NCBI GenBank assembly: GCA_963841435.1
Contig: CAWJCS010000003.1
Span: 1,487,365-1,551,364 of the forward strand
DNA from: an uncultured delta proteobacterium
GTDB lineage: Bacteria; Myxococcota_A; Polyangia; Polyangiales; Polyangiaceae
Length of the DNA stretch: 64,000 nucleotides
Reading direction: 5' to 3'
A model generated the notes under the pieces. It was not told the DNA's origin and searched no databases. It saw only the letters and a program-made list of their open reading frames with translations. Positions 62,000 to 64,000 of the stretch are shown in pieces. The translations under genes were made by a program, and so were the position numbers. How positions within the stretch are numbered: the first letter of the stretch is position 1; the number at the start of each line of letters is the position of its first letter.

Positions 62000-62154
62000 G
62001 CCCTCGCGCCCGGGCTGGTCTCGGGCTCCGCAGGATCGCGCAACCGGCGCGCCGCGCTTCTGCTCAGCACGGCGCCTCCTCGCTCCTCGCGCGTCACGCC
62101 GCTTGCGCCGGTGAGGCTGCGCCCGAGCCCATCCCGGGCGCGAGGAGAACCTCC
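62000..62154 (+). repeat. Conserved structured DUF559 leader, copy 3
   Basis: CCTCGCGCCCGGG...CCCGGGCGCGAGG outer stem. Confidence 0.8.
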
Positions 62155-62535
62155 ATGCTCAAGCCTCACCTCACCGTCAGCCCTTCCCGCCAGCAGCTAC
62201 TCGCGGCCCGCGCGCATGACATGCGCGTTTACGCCTCGGAGCCGGAGCGCCGGCTCTGGCAAGCGCTTCGCGGCGGGCGGCTCGGCATCGTGTTCCGCCG
62301 GCAGGTCGTGCTCGGGCAGCGTTACGTCGCGGACTTCGCAGCGCCGGCGGTCAAGCTCGTCGTGGAGGTGGACGGCGCCACTCATGCTCGGCGCCAGCGC
62401 GCTGATGAGCGCAGGGACAGGGACCTCGGGCGGCTCGGGTACCGCGTGCTCCGCGTCCCGGCGTCGCTCGTCATGAAGGACATCGCGGCGGTGGTCGCTC
62501 TGGTGCGGAGCGCGCTGGACGAGCTCCGACGCTGA
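62155..62535 (+). CDS. DUF559 endonuclease
   Basis: Near-identical to 51843..52220. Confidence 0.9.
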   Translation: MLKPHLTVSPSRQQLLAARAHDMRVYASEPERRLWQALRGGRLGIVFRRQVVLGQRYVADFAAPAVKLVVEVDGATHARRQRADERRDRDLGRLGYRVLRVPASLVMKDIAAVVALVRSALDELRR

Positions 62536-62541
62536 CGCGCG

Positions 62542-62600
62542 GTCCAACTGTCGGATCAAGCTGGCGAGCTTTGCTCGCAGCTTATCCGGGGGCGTTGGAT
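62542..62600 (+). other. Integron attC site
   Basis: GTCCAAC-TGTCG-GATCAAGC...GCTTATC-CGGGGGC-GTTGGAT. Confidence 0.9.
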
Positions 62601-62623
62601 GACCTCGTTGCACGTGGCGCTGG

Positions 62624-63436
62624 TCACATGGATGGTGCCGGCACCGCACTTGCGTCACAGGCTCGGGCCGCAACCATGTGAACTGCTGCCGCGAGGCGAG
62701 TGTCGCCGTACTGTTCGCAGACGCGCGACAACTCACCGTACACCCCGGCTGGGGCTTGCAGAGACTCGAAAATTCGAAGGAGCTTTTGTGCATCGTCGCC
62801 CCGGCGCGCACGAGCCATCGCCGTGAACAGCAGCAATGCCTGCTGTAAGATTGCCTTTCGATCACCGGATACAATCGCGCTCTGCTCCGACAAGCGCCCG
62901 GCCAACTCGTCAAAATATTTTGGCGCGTGCACCGAGTCAAACAGCTGGTCCGCGGGTAACGCCCCGAACAACGTCGCCCTAACCTGTGGATGCACGGCGG
63001 ACTGGTTCAATAGTTCAAAACCGCGCTCGGTTGCGCCTAGTCTTTCATTTAGGTGCGCGTACAGCAGCACGTCTGGCCCTCCCATATTCTCCCCTGCGAG
63101 TATGCGGTGTTCGAGCGTCAACCTACTACGCTTCAAGTATTCGATGGCGTCCGGATAGACCTTGCCCAGCACCTGGATCTTGTCCAAGAGATACGTGTTA
63201 CGCACTCCCTCGAAACCGGGCTCGAGTGGCTCTGACCCCATCAAGGCGTGGCTATATGCTTCGAGCGCGTCCTTGCAGGCGCCGCGGCGGGTATAGCCCT
63301 CTCCTCGGTTCATGTACGCTTCGCGGCCTGTCTGCGCCGGCGCGACATGGGCCGGCCGGGGCACCTGGTGACCGCAAGCCGAAGCGCACATCGCCAGCGC
63401 CGCAGGCAACCTTACGAAAAGCCTCCAACAAGTCAC
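62624..63436 (-). CDS. Putative immunity lipoprotein with TPR-like repeat
   Basis: GTG 63436 overlaps the toxin TGA; lipobox ASAC; AYMNRGEGY...DALEAYSHAL. Confidence 0.65.
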   Translation of the reverse strand: MTCWRLFVRLPAALAMCASACGHQVPRPAHVAPAQTGREAYMNRGEGYTRRGACKDALEAYSHALMGSEPLEPGFEGVRNTYLLDKIQVLGKVYPDAIEYLKRSRLTLEHRILAGENMGGPDVLLYAHLNERLGATERGFELLNQSAVHPQVRATLFGALPADQLFDSVHAPKYFDELAGRLSEQSAIVSGDRKAILQQALLLFTAMARARRGDDAQKLLRIFESLQAPAGVYGELSRVCEQYGDTRLAAAVHMVAARACDASAVPAPSM

Positions 63437-64000
63437 TTGCACGGCCCTTCTTCGCAATACTGGATTCGCGCATCCCTACTGATTTTGCAGTCTCTCAGGC
63501 ATAACCAATACTCGTCTGGCTCATTGCTGCATTCCGCTGGGCGGCCGATATACCTGTCCCGACATCCACGAAAGCATTTGCTTCGCTGGCGTCGGCAAGC
63601 GCTCTGCATTCGATGCATTGTTGCCCGTTAGGCTCTTTGCCCGAATCGTCACTTAGATTGACGGGATCGTCTCCCGCGTACTTGAGAAGATTCGCCTCCC
63701 GGGCGTCAAAACGAATCGGATCCTTACTTGTCCATCGACCGATCGGCGGATCGTAATCCCTTGCACCAAACCGAACGAGCCCCGTGTCCCCATCATAGAT
63801 CCCCCCCGCAAACCCAAACGGCATCCAATCAAGCCCCGTCCCCGTCACCTCGCCAAAGCTCGTGTAATCCGCCCGGTACGGCACGTCCGCGGAGTCCGCA
63901 ACGTTCACCACGTACCGCGGCGACCCCAGATGATCGCTCAGCACGCGATACGTCGCCCCCCCACGCACCACGTAATTCGGCACGTTGCTCTTAGACCCGT
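63433..64000 (-). CDS. rhs: 3' end of another Rhs protein with Cys-rich toxin tip; probable 1-nt deletion ~63578
   Basis: SDHLGSPR...PFGFAGGIYD...DPVNLSDDSGK. The Cys-rich frame KCFRGCRDRY...YCEEGPCK* ends in a GTGA overlap with the immunity gene. Confidence 0.88.

Noticed and set aside
44439-62600. The ~58-bp palindromic repeats as CRISPR repeats or intrinsic terminators
   Set aside because: Separated by kilobases of genes, no cas genes, no U-tract; R/L boxes and extrahelical bases fit attC.
49259-64000. Diversity-generating retroelement or retron as the source of Rhs variation
   Set aside because: No reverse transcriptase; tips are wholly non-homologous rather than adenine-mutated copies.
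1-64000. Integron integrase, tRNA, rRNA, T6SS or VgrG/PAAR genes
   Set aside because: No such motifs recognised in this window.

Overview
GC-rich bacterial DNA. Gly/Cys-rich lipoproteins, membrane Ser/Thr kinases and a long SppA suggest a myxobacterium (Polyangiales-like); this is inferred. 1-41.4 kb is mostly core/metabolic: NtrY-like kinase, MCP, transglutaminase-like protein, SRAP, a likely galactomannan-utilisation cluster (GH36 plus three GH5 sequences), YceI/LysR, arfB, putA, UDPGP, sppA, K+ channel, BamA/TamA-like protein, Ser/Thr kinase and DUF2238. From ~41.37 kb to the window end is an accessory array built from one repeated module, read on the + strand: [conserved double hairpin] - [a different type II toxin-antitoxin pair each time] - [conserved ~155-nt structured leader + DUF559 nuclease] - [integron attC site] - [immunity gene + Rhs C-terminal toxin + Rhs core stub, minus strand, always cut at the same nucleotide]. 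The array holds four complete attC sites, two half-sites, five different Rhs toxin tips (one serum-amyloid-A-like), six TA pairs, two near-identical IS66 copies and one IS4-family element. No integrase, rRNA, tRNA or CRISPR array was seen. About nine single-base frameshifts look like sequencing or assembly errors.
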